The position numbers and the translations under genes were made by a program. A stretch of DNA of 61,775 nt, counting the filler, from Choristocarpus tenellus KU-1152 (lineage: Eukaryota > Protista > Phaeophyceae), in assembly GCA_964200185.2 (NCBI GenBank). It is 11 parts of 11 records of this genome, joined end to end, with 100 filler letters (N's around TTAATTAATTAA, not from the genome) between each part and the next. Parts side by side here need not be neighbours in the genome. Positions count along the whole stretch, not along the records: positions 1 to 5,970 come from CAXNAD020009287.1; positions 6,071 to 15,466 come from CAXNAD020003712.1; 9 more parts are not named here. One strand, written 5' to 3'. This document shows positions 1-13,500 of the stretch, one piece after another; the stretch's first letter is position 1; each line of letters begins with the position of its first letter. Under the pieces are notes generated by a model that was not told the origin of the DNA, did no database searches, and was given only the letters and a program-made list of their open reading frames with translations.

Positions 1-1648
1 AGAATGCAGAAAATAATACCAGATCTTGATCCTAACGAACCAATATTGAAACAAGTGTTACCGAGGATCCCTCTCGAGTCACTCATCCTCTCTACTGAAT
101 GTCATTCTGGTTCGTTCATTGATGACTAGTGAACCATTAATTCTGTATGTAGTAGTCTACTTATGAACAAATTATATCGTACTTGAGAGGCATCTGCAAG
201 TTGAGACTATAGCCTCTGCCCTCAGTGGCGTTGTATACATCAATGCATTTTTTAAACAACAAAAGATAGGACAACAAAAGTAATTGCAAAACGAAGAAAG
301 ATAACAGAGAAAAACACATCATTCATCCACAGTATCTGAAGTAGCACACATCCTCTGTGAAAAATGCACCGATGATGTAGTGAACCGAATAAAATTTCTT
401 GTATGGATCTAGTATGTTCACTCCCTTCATTAAACACCTACTACCCCCCGCCCCTTTCGGACTCATTCCCACAATTGTTGGGGGGGATTGACTATATATA
501 GTAAACTTGAGTGACACTGAGACGATTTGGTGGTGTGATTATTCCAAAGAGGTATTATGCACTATATTAGTGGTATCATGTTCTAGAAAAACACACTTCT
601 GATGAAAATAGAGTCGAAGGTCAGTAATCGAATGTCCATGATGGTGAAAGTACTCGCTGAGATTGTAATTTTTGATGTGTGACAAATACATGAGACTACA
701 ATAACTTATAGATGTATTAGGCGAACCCTTTCCACATCTCAACCATTATTCACCTAAATCAATCATCAAATTCTGATGAATCACAATAAATTATTGAAAA
801 ACCTGTATTTTTTCCCACCCTTTCTTCTTTGTAGTATCTCAAGAGTGTGAGAGAACAAGACTTCTTCCTTTCTTCCCACACTCACTTCTCTAGTTTTTGA
901 AATTGTGGTGTATACATGCGATGGGCCCATGGGTCATGGCCCATTGGTGTTTGGTCCCTGCGTGTCAACAATGCTCGCCATATTATTTGCCAGCTACGTC
1001 GATTTTGGATTTTATGTTATGACGTGTATGATGCAATCGAACAGGTACATAAGAGGGGGTTCAAGTTTTGAGGGACAATCCAACATAAGGCGGACTATCA
1101 TAGAAAATGTTATCGATAAATTCGAAAATGACGATATGCCGACGATTAGATTCCGTTCAAGAATTAATTACAGAAATATAATAAATATTTTCAAGAGAAA
1201 GAAATCAGTTCCGATACAAGAGATATCGATTATACAAAATTTGAATAGAAAAATAAAGATTTCAATCTTTGAGTATTTAGTGTATGGAAATGAGGGGATG
1301 AACTGCGTACTTGGGCATTGCTTGAAGCGTCACTTGTCAGTCCATTGTTCGTTTATTCTTGAAAGAAAAGTGAGTGGAAGCAATACCAAAAGAACTAGTG
1401 TAGTTGATGGTAGTTGTATGTTGTTGGAATATCTCTCTGACTATTTCCACTCTAACTACTAACTGGTTCGTTAGAGAGAGAGAGATTGCACTACGCTTAG
1501 TTTACATGCCTACAACATGAAGTGTGATACACATAATGTGGTGATAGGACACAATATTTCTTAATGGTGAGAGGAAGCGGTTGTCAATATCTACAATTGT
1601 CTTCATCTTCTGTTATACATACTCACACCCATTTTGTCGGTCAATATC

Positions 1649-4600
1649 ATGTCATATCATGAGCCGACCATCAAGGGTAACACGTCCGAGACTCCAACAG
1701 CTGGAAGTGAACGAGATGGCACCAGCAGTGCCAATGAGGGGTCGGGTGGTGGGATTGTTCAGGACGGAAGATTGCGAAGAATGGGAAGCTCTTCGTCATC
1801 TTTCGCAGGGACGGGATCGGTTAACCACTCTGATGTACCCATCAGACAACGCCGATATACTATGTCTACACCGATCCCATCGAAGGCAGTACAGGAAGGA
1901 GCTCCACGCCATATTCCAGTCTGCGGACAGCAGCACCCGCCAACTCGAAAGCGCTCGATGTCACATTTGTCAGGACAACATACGAACGTTCGTGTTGAAG
2001 ATGTCGAAGACAGAGAACGCAGCTTTACACATTCTTCGTCATTGAAACCACCACGGGGAAAGGTTTCATTCACCTCCAAACAGGGTGTGATCCGCAAACA
2101 CAGGGCCACAAGGTCGATGCCTAGCGTAGTAGACCTTTTCAACCTAACACAGGAACAAGCCCCAACTCTGAAAACGCGAGCACCGACTACGGATTCAATG
2201 AGCGCTCAACCCACTCTACTACAGGATCCTGCTCTGGAACTGTCTCGTCCGTCTCCGCACCCTCCTCCCCAACCCCCTCCAGGAGGGGGCGATGGAGGGA
2301 ATCTGCGTGTCGATCGTAAGGACCACTTATGTTCAAGGTACGGCTCTCCTCATCCACCCACAGGAAGAGATGATGGCGAACAGTTGCTAGGTCTGCTTGG
2401 GAGCTCCGACACTCAAGGTTCACAAGAGTCACTAGGACTAGGAGTGCTCTCTGAGCATTATGGTGTGGTACCAAAACAAAATAATGCTTTCGAGACAAAT
2501 GTGGATATTCTTGATTCGGGCAATCGGCGCCAGTCACTGAAGCTGAACCCTGAATTTCCCAGCAGTGAATTGTTGGCCGACTTGCAGGAGAATAGAGCAC
2601 GTTGCATGGGATCCGAGGAGGAGCCTGTAGTAGGTGGGGAGGGCGGAGGGGTTGGCGGTGGGACTCAGGATGGGCATGGGGTGGGATGGGAGGATTCGGA
2701 CAGTAATATAGTCAAGGAGAGATCGCAGCCGCCCAATAGCCCGGGGAAGAGGTTGAGAAAGCATTTGTCCACAGTGGAAACTTCAAGGAATGTGCCAAAC
2801 GACCGCTTCTCATGCAATACTAATGATGAGGGGAAGGTGCGAAGCATGTGTTTTGTGTTTGAAGTTAGTGTATTTCAGTGAAGTGCTGTTGTGTACTTGG
2901 TGGCTGTCTTGATTTCAACAGCACTCACTAGGAAGTAGAAATTGGAAGTTTTTAACCTCTAAATCCAACTGCTTAATTCTATCCTTGCCTGGTAGCAGAT
3001 GATTCATGCAGTGAACCTTGAAAGAGCAACATAGGGAGGTCACAGAGGATCTCATCGGTGATTTCTATTCTAGGAACAGTTACTTTAGACCAGCAATTGA
3101 TGCAAACCATACAAAAAACCTAGGCCCAACATTGAAAACAACTTTGACCCAGACGTTAGTAATTCCCCCCCTCCCCCCTTGTACTTTTTCCGTCTGTCTG
3201 GCTTGGATTCTCAGGATACTGAGGAGAGTCCCAAGGGCTATCGCTCACCTTCTAGTCTGTCTCCTGTTCCCGATCAATGCTCTGCCCCACTGGATTGTAT
3301 CCCCCCTTTATCGAAACCATCACCGCCACTCCCATCTCAGCAGCATGGTGATAACCATCACTCCCATGGCCCATCAACATTAAGCTCTGTCTTTGCTCCT
3401 GTCGAAGACAGTGATGGCAGTGGTGGAACCGACAGGATCTCAATGCAGGAGGAGGAACCATGGCCGGATCGGCAAAGGGGGCTTGCTTTCGCAACTTGCA
3501 TTTCGTCAGGAGTTTCTAGTAGCAGGGAGGGGATGTTGGACTTGGCGGCAGCTGTTGACCGAAAGAGGAAGGGTTTGATCCGCAGGAACAAGAACTATAT
3601 GAATGCAGCGTGAGTGTCCTCCTCGTGTGTGCAAGCATTGTGGGTGTTGTAAGTACACGCACGGAGTGTGCACCGGGGACAAGATGATTTTTGTACAGTG
3701 TAAGTGTAGCGTGACAAATGCCCCCCCTTTGAGCAAAGTCACTCTCAATGGAAACGTTGGGCGAGTGGAAATTTCTTCTGGTTGCAAGTTTGTCGTACTC
3801 ATTGGAGCCGCACACTTTTTTGTTTTTATTACGTAAAAAAATAAGCTTTTTTGTTAACCCGCAGTTTTAATTGTGACATCTGCCCTGCGCATTGCCCTAA
3901 ACTCCTGCGAACCGTATCCCTACAACGGTGAAAAAGGGTTTTCCAACACCTTTGTGAGGCTTCACAACTTTTTTTTCTTCTATTGTGGTTGAGTAGGGGT
4001 TCTCAAACGTGGAGTAACATATTTTGTGTGTGATCTTCATTTCATCTATAATCTGTGTGTTTTTGACATGTGTTTTTTGATGTTGGGGTGCGTTATTCAC
4101 TCTCATTGATTTACTGTTTTACTATCCTGGTGGTGCTCAGGAGTGGGGTTTGACTTTTCAAGGCTCTGGGGGCACAAGCTTGTAACATGATGTTGTGCTA
4201 TGTTGGAGTAGGTACTAACTAAAGTGTGGAGGATGAGGAGGTTAGGAGGTGTGTGCGCCAGGAGTAGAGGAATAGAGTGAGATCATACTATGCAATCATC
4301 CACACACACATGCTTGTGGCAAACAAATAACCCTAACCCTCAAACATCTAATGCATCCTTCGCTGTGGTGTGTAGTAGCAATAGCAAGACCAGTGGCTCA
4401 TGCTGGACCTCCCCCCCCTCTCGTGGTAAACAACACTGGGAAGCACGCACCCTCATCACAAGCCGTTGCACTACTAGATGTGTGTTGTCATTTTAAACAC
4501 GTTGTGCATTTGAAGTGTTATTTGGTCAGCGCTATGGAGTCCCTTAGCTACACTCACCCCCCCTACACGAGAAGGTATCTGACATCATAGTACATGATCA

Positions 4601-5335
4601 TGATGAGAGGTATCTATATGGATGACTTCATTTTCTTCCACATAGGAACCCGGTCTCCCATCCGTCCTCCCGACTGGCCGACTGCCCCGTCCATCTATCC
4701 ATCCATTATCTGTCTGTTCCTACACTTTTTTTTAACCTCCTGTTCCCGTGTCGGTGCCCCTTGTCATACATACATACATACATACATACATACATACATA
4801 ATGCATGCATCTGTCCATACAATACATAAATTATACTCTTTTTTTTCCTTCTCTCTTTGTTTGTTTGTAATGTCTTTGTCTTTGTTTTTGTTTTTGTTGA
4901 CTCAGCAAGCAAATAGCGAACCAGAAGAGGGGTGTTACAAACTCTTACAAGACCGAAGGTTCCTACACAAAGTACAAGAAGATCGTGTCTTTTCTCGTGC
5001 TGCTGGGGATCATCACCGGACTGGGCTCCAGGGGCATCGACCGCGCTATTGTGTGAGCAGAGAGTGTTCAACTGTGTTATCTGTGTGCAGGCTGGCATCT
5101 GTCTGCGCGCATGCACGCGCGCCTCTGTGTATTTTTAAACCGCCGTTAACCCTAACCCTAGTGTCTTGACATTTCAGTCCCGATGCTCAACGGGTCTCCT
5201 CTCGGTAACTTACCAGATAGTAATGAAATATATATATATATATATATAGGGGAGAGGCTTCATTCAGGGTGGGCAAGTTTTTTTTTCCGAGTAAGGTTTG
5301 TGTTGGTTGAGTTGGTTGTGTTGGTTGTGTAGGTG

Positions 5336-5373
<38 letters not shown>

Positions 5374-5871
5374 TTGTGTTTGATTGTGTCAAGAGAAATA
5401 ACTCCTTGTATCCCGCCGTAGCTCTTTTTTTTTCTCTTTGTTCTTTTTTGTTCTTTTTGTTCTATTTGCTCTCTTTGTTCTTTTTGTTGTATAGATTTCC
5501 CCCGCCCGCCCCCTGAATCCATGTTTCCTGTCCCCTTCCCCCACCACCCTCCACTTTCCTTTTTTGAAGTCGTGGCCAACCCCTAAGTCCCTTCCCCTTG
5601 CCCCTTGGCGAAATGCTTCACAATCTAGCTCGTGGTACGATGTGATATTTCCCTAACCCTAGCCCTAACCCTAGCCCTAACCCTAACTCTAACCCTGACT
5701 CTCAGTGAGATGCAGGCGCTACGTAGCTGGGCCACGGAAGAAGAGAATACTCTGGGGCTAACGTACTCAGTGCGGTTTGTCCTGTTTTGGTTGTACATGG
5801 AGGCTGGGGTGTGTTTGGCATCTCTAGTCACAGCCCGTTATGCACCAGATATTGCTGGGTCGGGTATCCCG
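1649..5871 (+). CDS. CLC-family chloride channel/transporter, 5' portion (exons ~1649-2836, 3215-3609, 4906-5052, 5706-5871; truncated by contig end)
   Basis: Phase-consistent GT-AG exons. A long low-complexity N-terminus is followed by TM segments (IVSFLVLLGIITGLGSRGIDRAI; FVLFWLYMEAGVCLASLVTARY) and the CLC selectivity-filter motif APDIAGSGIP, which ends at a GTAGGT donor. Confidence 0.85.
4766..4800. repeat. (TACA)n microsatellite in CLC intron
   Basis: Directly visible tandem repeat. Confidence 0.9.
5338..5371. repeat. (TG)n microsatellite
   Basis: Directly visible tandem repeat. Confidence 0.9.
5651..5700 (+). repeat. Interstitial telomere-like (CCCTAA/CCCTAG)n array just upstream of a splice acceptor
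   Basis: ccctaaccctagccctaaccctagccctaaccctaactctaaccctgactctcag|exon. Confidence 0.8.
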
Positions 5872-5881
5872 GTAGGTTGGA

Positions 5882-5930
<49 letters not shown>

Positions 5931-5970
5931 TTTTCCTCTCCCCCTCCCTCTCCTGATGTCTGGGGTTGTT

Positions 5971-6070
5971 NNNNNNNNNNNNNNNNNNNNNNNNNNNNNN
6001 NNNNNNNNNNNNNNTTAATTAATTAANNNNNNNNNNNNNNNNNNNNNNNNNNNNNNNNNNNNNNNNNNNN
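5971..6070. other. Artificial contig spacer N44-TTAATTAATTAA-N44 (also 15467-15566, 20671-20770, 29208-29307, 33618-33717, 42992-43091, 47432-47531, 51018-51117, 55149-55248, 59094-59193)
   Basis: Ten identical 100-nt spacers carrying stops in all six frames; genes are cut off at them. Confidence 0.97.
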
Positions 6071-6093
6071 GGGGCGGTGTGGTCTGGTGCTGA

Positions 6094-6243
6094 GGGGGGG
6101 GGGGGGGGGGGGGGCGCTACACCAGGGTGTCCATTCGGACCCTGACCAGGAGAAGTGCACTTAAATATTCCATCCGATGCATGCAACTATATCGCCCAAA
6201 AATCGTGACATGAAAATGGACCCCAAATTGACAGCCGCCACCC
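6094..6243 (+). mobile_element. MITE family A copy (G-tract type, partial)
   Basis: ctacaccagggtgtccattcgg...catccgatgcatgcaac...gacatgaaaatggaccccaaattgacagcc matches the copies at 15567, 19826, 23857 and 57555. Confidence 0.8.
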
Positions 6244-9200
6244 TACGTTAAGCCATGTGTCCACAGCATTTTATTATTCTGTTCTATGTTCATTTTTTTG
6301 TGACTTGAACATAAGCTCGACTTCCACACACACACGTCGCGAATTTTTGCTCTAGTATCTGACTAGTAAGGCCAACAAATAGTTCCAGCAGTCACTCACT
6401 CAGCACTGATACTGCTCACATGTCCCACTCAGGCACTTCTTCTGCTTCACCACATTTTTGAAGTTGATTTTTTTTATATTCACGTAAGAATTTTATCAAA
6501 TGAATAGACCAACTTTAGACAGTAGTAGTTGCCCAACACTCAAGAGTTCACATTTTTACCTAGATCTTTCTGTTGGGGTTCATTCAGTAGATAGTACTAG
6601 GATATTTATCATGTATTATTGTATCTCCTGTAGCCCAAAGACCCAATAGAAGGAAGGTGAGTAAACATTAAAGAAAAGCCCTTGCTGATAGCACAATCTG
6701 CTAGTAGTGTGTCACAGAGTGAGGCTTGCCTATGAAACAGGTGATACGTAAAATGAGTTGAGCGGGTGCTGACCCACAACCGGTCACGGACCGTTAACAC
6801 CTCTACCATTAAAAAAATCATTTTTTTGAGCATTATGATGCGATATCTTAAACTTAATGTCTACTTTGAAGTACTAGTATTAATAATAGTAGTAATAACC
6901 TTGTATGCATTATTAAATAATTACCATATTTGCTGCAAATTTCTCGAAAATGTAACTTCAATTAAATTCAACACAAACAATTTTTTTAACTACATTTTTT
7001 CGTGGTTTTTCCTGTTTGTTCGATCGTCATGCGTGTGTACGTAAGCATCGAATGAGTTGTACTTTCATGGCATCATTCTACATAGGCCATCGCCCACTAC
7101 TCACTCATGGTAGTGTGGTAGTGGTGGTGGTAGTTGAAAAAGAGATGGAGATGCGCAGTTAGTTCTTGTTGCACTGAACTACTCAACTATATATTATACC
7201 CTGGAGTACTTTTGTTAATTTTCTCCTTTTCGATGAAGGGTATATTATTAGTGGTTCATAAATCTGCATACAAAGAACCCAACACCATGCAAACAGAACT
7301 AATAAAAATGAATGAATAGATGCAATATCTTCCCCCCAATCCTTAATTACCGCCTGAAAAAAGGAAAACTGCAACCCCACTACGACTTCTCCCTATAATA
7401 TAGTGGTCAAGATTATGCAGTTGTGCTTGGTTATACAACCTGCATAGTTTATGCCCACTTTTGACATGTTGCTCTTGAAAGTTACGTGCTTGTTGCAAAT
7501 GATAGGTGCCCACATTCTGCTTTGCGACAAATCAAACATATTCATTATAGGCACATTTACACCATTTACTGCCTGACGCACAGTGTTCCATTCTCATCAA
7601 CATAAGAGGGACTATCAAATACTCCATAGTACTCACATAATAAGCATTAGGTGATATATATAGCTTTTGCACAAATACCTACAAACCAACCAGACAGCTC
7701 CACACCTGACTCTGTATAAAAGATAGCACCCTCCATCTAGCTATCAAGTGTAAATCTTTGTATGGCCTCCATATGGGGTACATGATGTATGCATCAAGAC
7801 AAGACGCAAAATTGTACAAGAGCATATTTTAAAGAAATAAATGTATATATACTTTGTATATGTATCATAATTTCTTGTCCCTCCACACCAACCTATCTGT
7901 TGATAGAGAGAGGGATCAACACAGATTTCTTTTTTATTCACAACCCCAGGAAAATTCTTTTGACAATGGAATGCAAATGGAAGTGGGCTCTACTGGATTA
8001 AAATAATATTAACAACCAGGATTCACCCTGCGTACTACAAATAACCCTTTCTTCCCTGCTAAAAGAGTAACACACATCAATCCTCCCAATCCCCGCAAAC
8101 CACAGGGTTTCCTCTGAGTTCTGACCCAGCTCGAGTGAGTGGAACCTTCCTGGACAGCGGCATTAGGGTTGCCCGCTTCCCTCTACACTGAACCCAACCT
8201 CTTTTGTATGTCCAAGTTCTCTCATCATGTAGATGCACATAAGTAGTCAATGTTACACCATCATCACAGTCATTGGGGAACCCTCAACCGATAAGGACAA
8301 TCAAAATGAAAAAAGAGAGGGAGAGGTCTACAGTGCTAAACTACTGCCACCATTGCAACATAAAAAACGATGCAGGTCATCCTTCCAACACAGAACAATT
8401 CTATCCTCTTACCACTCAATTTGAACAACAATCGATGACCCTCTATGTACCCCACCCCCTACACCCACTCCAGTTCTCACTAAACCCCAACGCAACACCC
8501 TAACTATCTACTGCTGAAGGGGCACAAGGTTAACAGTCCTGCGGCTACAGCATGAGCCCCACACAGACAACGCAAACCTGCATGTAACCTCTTGGACACA
8601 CAACTTTCAATGCGCAAGCCCTGACATTGCCTCCTTACAGGCTCAGCGGCCTATCTTCCAAGGCTCTTCTGATTTTCTTCCCCACAAACTTCAGTGCACA
8701 ATTTGAGTTGGTGACTCCTTTCACCCAGGTGGGCGTTGTTGGCACAGGGGAAGGCATTAGCTTCACTCTTCAAGGTCGCTTACCTGCACCTTGACCCCCC
8801 ACCCACCCGCCCCTCCCCAGTCCTCACTCAGTCTCTGCGTTTTGACCTGTTGGCATGGTGAGCAGATAATATCATTGGGGTACAGGAAACCCCAAAACGG
8901 CAATAGAGTGAAGTGGGGGGGCAACCAAAACAGTGGGGGAGGTTTTAGTGTTCAGAAATGTGTTAGCGTTATTTGAAGAATTATCACTATGTTGCGTTGA
9001 TGGTGGGTGCAAGATGAGAATGATGAGAATCAGAAAAAATAGAAGATATGAATCACCACACAAATTTCTCCCAGAGGAGCAGATACCCTCAACATCCATT
9101 GGCATAGCCTATATAGAAACATAAGAGAAAGAGCATAGTGGACCTGCAGATAGCTTGGCAATACTCACCATGTACTAAACCACCACTCAAGTCACCTTCC

Positions 9201-10504
9201 AATTAATGGCACTGCACTCCCTTACTCTACATAATATTTGCATCTTGAGAGAGGTGATGAATTCTACATTTAAATTTCTACGAAAGACCAAAATCACAAC
9301 TTACAAATTAGCCACTTTATCAACCTTGCTCCCGATCCTTGCCACTGGTGAGGACCCTGCCCCTCCCTGCTTAAGGTAACATAATCGAACAGCAGTCCAT
9401 TTTTCTTCTTCTTCAACAAGTACTTCAAAGGTACACCCTGTGCCTGGTTTGGTGTTTGGAGACTTCACAAAATGATTTAATCTACTATAAAAATGCCATT
9501 GGCACACTCTACTACTTCATGGTACCAGTTCAAACCACTTATGTAAATGCCACACTACTTGCAATCTGTGCACAGTAGGAGGCAGATATACAACCATACT
9601 GAATTATACAAACACATTGCCCATTATTGCATTGGGAGGCTTTTCCCTTCCTCATCATGCACCCAACAGCCTGCCCCCACATACACCATTAGGAAACCAG
9701 AACAAAAGCATAAGAGCTATCCACACAGGTCAAATAAAATGACCCTTCTGCAACAGTCCCATAAGAAATAGGAACAGCAATAATTGATACTGCATCTGGT
9801 ACCTCTACCCCTAATTAGGGGCAACAGGTGTGGGATATGTCATACACCAATAGCAGTCACAGTTGCAGCACCTTCTATGTTTTCAATTATGTCATGAAAA
9901 GTGCCTCCATAACATAGACAAAGTGCGTACACATACATACATATAAAAAGAGGAACTGATTTTTGGGACAGGGCATCTACATGATAGGAACCCTAACCCT
10001 AGCCAACTCCACAGTGCACAGTTTTTTTTTAATTTCAAACTGCATGCAATATGTTTTCGAGAGCAGTATAAGCAGTATAGAAGGTGTCGGAACTGTGCCT
10101 TTGCTACAATTGCGAATCAAGAGGGACTATCAACACAAGGTTTGCAACAAAAGTCAATCGATATTCTCACATTGAAAAAGAGTCAATCGATCAAAGTCTT
10201 TCACCCACAGGACAGCCACAAGTAATCCTAGCAAGAGATCATACCCAGGCTCACCGGTACTACCCAAAATTTGTCAAATATCGGTATTGGACATGCACTA
10301 TCTCTCTCTCTCCACACACACACACATATTATCCTAGTAGAAGTAGACATCAAGGCACTTTACCTAGAGACATATCAAAGCCCTTCCAACATACATACAA
10401 CAGAGGTAGGAGCGTATACCCATACCCTGGTGTGCATCATAGCTCTAGTACTTCAAAGCACATTGTTTCAAGCTACATTTGGAATAATGCACGCTTCACA
10501 AGTC

Positions 10505-13500
10505 TCACTTGGCCACCAGCCAACCCCTCCCTTCACTCAAGACAGCCAATGCCTTCCTGAGTCGTTTCTTTGTATCAGTGGTTTCCAGCAGTGCCTGACG
10601 ATCCTCCACCCCCAGCTCACAAGTCTTGAATAGTGGCATCATTGTCCATTACAGTGGCAGTAAGGCACACACACAATCAGAAAATAGTAGTCCTTGGGTA
10701 TTTGAAGGTGGGAAGTGTGGGCATGTCATGGGGGCACTTGCAGACTTTTTTTTTTTACCTCTGCTAATTGGCAGTTTCAAACAGCACCAATAGAGAGAGG
10801 GAGAAAAGTTCTTGAGAATATTCCCATTCATTTTTACCACAATAGTGTATGATATATGATGTGCATATATATATATATATATATATATACATACAGCTCT
10901 ATGTCTCTATCCCATACAAGGATGGAGATGAACGTAAGTTGAATCCCAATAGAAGGTACGAACTCTCAAATAGATAAAAAATATATATATATATATATAT
11001 AACAGAAATCTGACTTCAATGCTTTTAAAGCGATATTCGAAATAACAATAATCTTGAATTAAATATATAATAAAAAACAACACTGATAAAACTGCTTAAC
11101 CACCGGTAAGTACTTCACACAAACGTAAATTGCTTGGACTCAAAAAAAACTCAAGGATTTTCCTTCACTTTTGATGTAAAAAAAATTGCAATTCAAACTC
11201 AACACCCCTGAGAAACCTAGGTTTGCACATCACATCGCTCATTCATTACCAACTTGACAAAAAAAATACACTCGCAGAAAAAAAAGCTCTTGCCAAGAAA
11301 AAGTACCTCCAAAAAGGGTACAAAGGTACAGTGGTGAATTTTGATGCCTCTCCCAATCCAAAACAGGGCAAGAGATTACAGAGAATAGATGCCACCAAAG
11401 CATACACACACATACATACAAACACATACATACACACACATACATACACACACATACATACACACACATACATACAAACACATACATACACACACATACA
11501 TACAAACACATACATACACACACATACATACAAACACATACATACATACAAACACATACATACACACACACCAAAATCAAGACATTGCTGACCTTGACCA
11601 CAGCAAAGGAGAAGAGCTGCCTTCGACGGGCTTCGGAGCTCATAGGCCCTGAAGCTTCCACCAGCAGCTGTTTGAATGGGTGTATGTATTGTATTGCATG
11701 TGTACAAGATGGTGTTATTCTTCGATATAAAAAAAATGGAAAAATACTTGTCAAAAAAGAAAAAGAGGTCCATTCCTAGCTGATCAAAAAATAACTCATG
11801 GAAGAGGGGGACTGGACAGGCATTTTTTTTTTTAAACACTCCCACAAAAAAATGTGATTATTTGGGATGCCGTTTGACTGGGCTCGCCTGAACTATCTTG
11901 ACTATGCCGGCCCAGTAAAAGAAAAAATATATTTATCCATGGTCGTTGACTATTTCAACATGACTGGGCCACAGGCCAGCCCAGTATCAATATGATCTAA
12001 CAGGGTTCAGTCCATGATCATCAACTGCTTCAACGCCTCTGGGGCCCAGGGTAGACTACAGCCACGGCCTGGACCCCAGCCATGCTAACTGTAACTGCCT
12101 GGACCAATGAAAAGCCTTGAAAGTGATCCTTTCCAAAAGAGACCCCTGTGTGGGAACATGCTGAAAAAGAGGAAATAAATGTTGGAAAGAAAAGATAATA
12201 TCTTGTGGAAATTAATTTTCTTTTCCTTTTCTCATGTGAAATTTCAGGAGTAAAAGGAGCTGTCGTTACATTCGAAATAGCACTACGTACTTACCTGTTG
12301 TTGGGAGGAAGGACCCCGGGTAGGGTTATGGTCAACTTCTAAAAAGAGCATGAACAAAGCCTTGGAATACAACAAATACAACCCAGTTTAATCAAAATGG
12401 GTAAAAAATGGATCTTGAAGGATTGTTAATCTGAATCCTGTTACCTGTTAGTGTGCCAATGATATAGAAGAGTATGGAGTGGTCATCATGCTACACAACC
12501 CACTAGGTACTAATGTGGAGAACATAGCTGAGGGGGATGGGAGGTGGGATGGGAAGGATGTTGGCCTGCTTCCTCCCGTGAGAACACACTAATAGCACTA
12601 ACAGCACTAACAGCACTAACAGCACTAACAGCACTAACAGCACTAACAGCACTAACAACACTAGCAACACTAACAACACTAGCAACACTAACAACACTAG
12701 CAACACTAACAACACTAGCAACACAAAGAGAGATAAAAAAAGGTGCGTACTAGGTAAGAGTATTGGGAAAGGTGAGGTCAAGAAATTGGTCCAACAGGGC
12801 AGGAAAGAAGTGGTGACATTCCAATGTCAAACTGGTAGGTACGACTCAATACATTCAGTAAGGCGCAGTTGGGATGCCATACGGACAATGTAGATGGCAG
12901 TGCACCACATGCAGGCGGTGTTAACGTATTGCCTCGTCCAGAAACTCTTCATCAGTGCTGGAAGAGGGGAGGGGAGGGGGGTCGTGAGGCAAGCATTGCA
13001 GCAGGACTGCACTGCAGTGCAATTCCTCAGCAGTCAAATAATTCCTGCCCCTTAGTAACAAGTGCCAAGAGGGAATGCAACAACCCTTCAACCCTCCCTC
13101 GAGCCTTTCATTCTTGAGGTGTGCCCTTCTAGTATGTGCATATCTGTGATATTCACACAAGCGTGAGCAAATAGTAGTCGTATTGCATGCACATATGCTC
13201 ACTAAGGACATCTGCAAGACTGCTTGCAGTTGTGAAACTGCAACAACTACAGTTAGTGTTAGGGGCAAGTTTGGGGGCATTTTAGTAACATACTGAGTAC
13301 TACATAATTAGTACTGCAAGACAAAACCCACCGGCTCAGAGATGTATGCCTGCTCCAGAATGCTGCTCAACACTGCCCGCCTTGTACGTTGACCTTTTTG
13401 CAGGGGAGCATACCTATCATCACAGGAGATAAGATTTCAACGATAAAATACACACTATGCAACAAAACCATATGTTAGTCTATACACAGATCCCTCCCCC

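Noticed and set aside
1-130. Short frame MQKIIPDLDP...RIPLESLILSTECH, faintly TatD-like
   Set aside because: Too short, truncated by the window edge, with no supporting motif or splice context.
905-1462. 185-aa ORF upstream of the CLC gene
   Set aside because: No recognisable domain; it crosses AT-rich ATCGAT-containing repeat-like DNA and promoter-like sequence.
9301-9507. Coding-like stretch EVLVEEEEKWTAVRL as an extra LON-domain exon
   Set aside because: The equivalent helix is already supplied by exon 10624-10505, and phase linkage could not be shown.
11223-11845. Several long ORFs rich in HTHTY/VCVCMY
   Set aside because: Translation products of a microsatellite.
12503-12781. LVL/TAL repeat ORFs
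   Set aside because: Translation of a 9-bp minisatellite.
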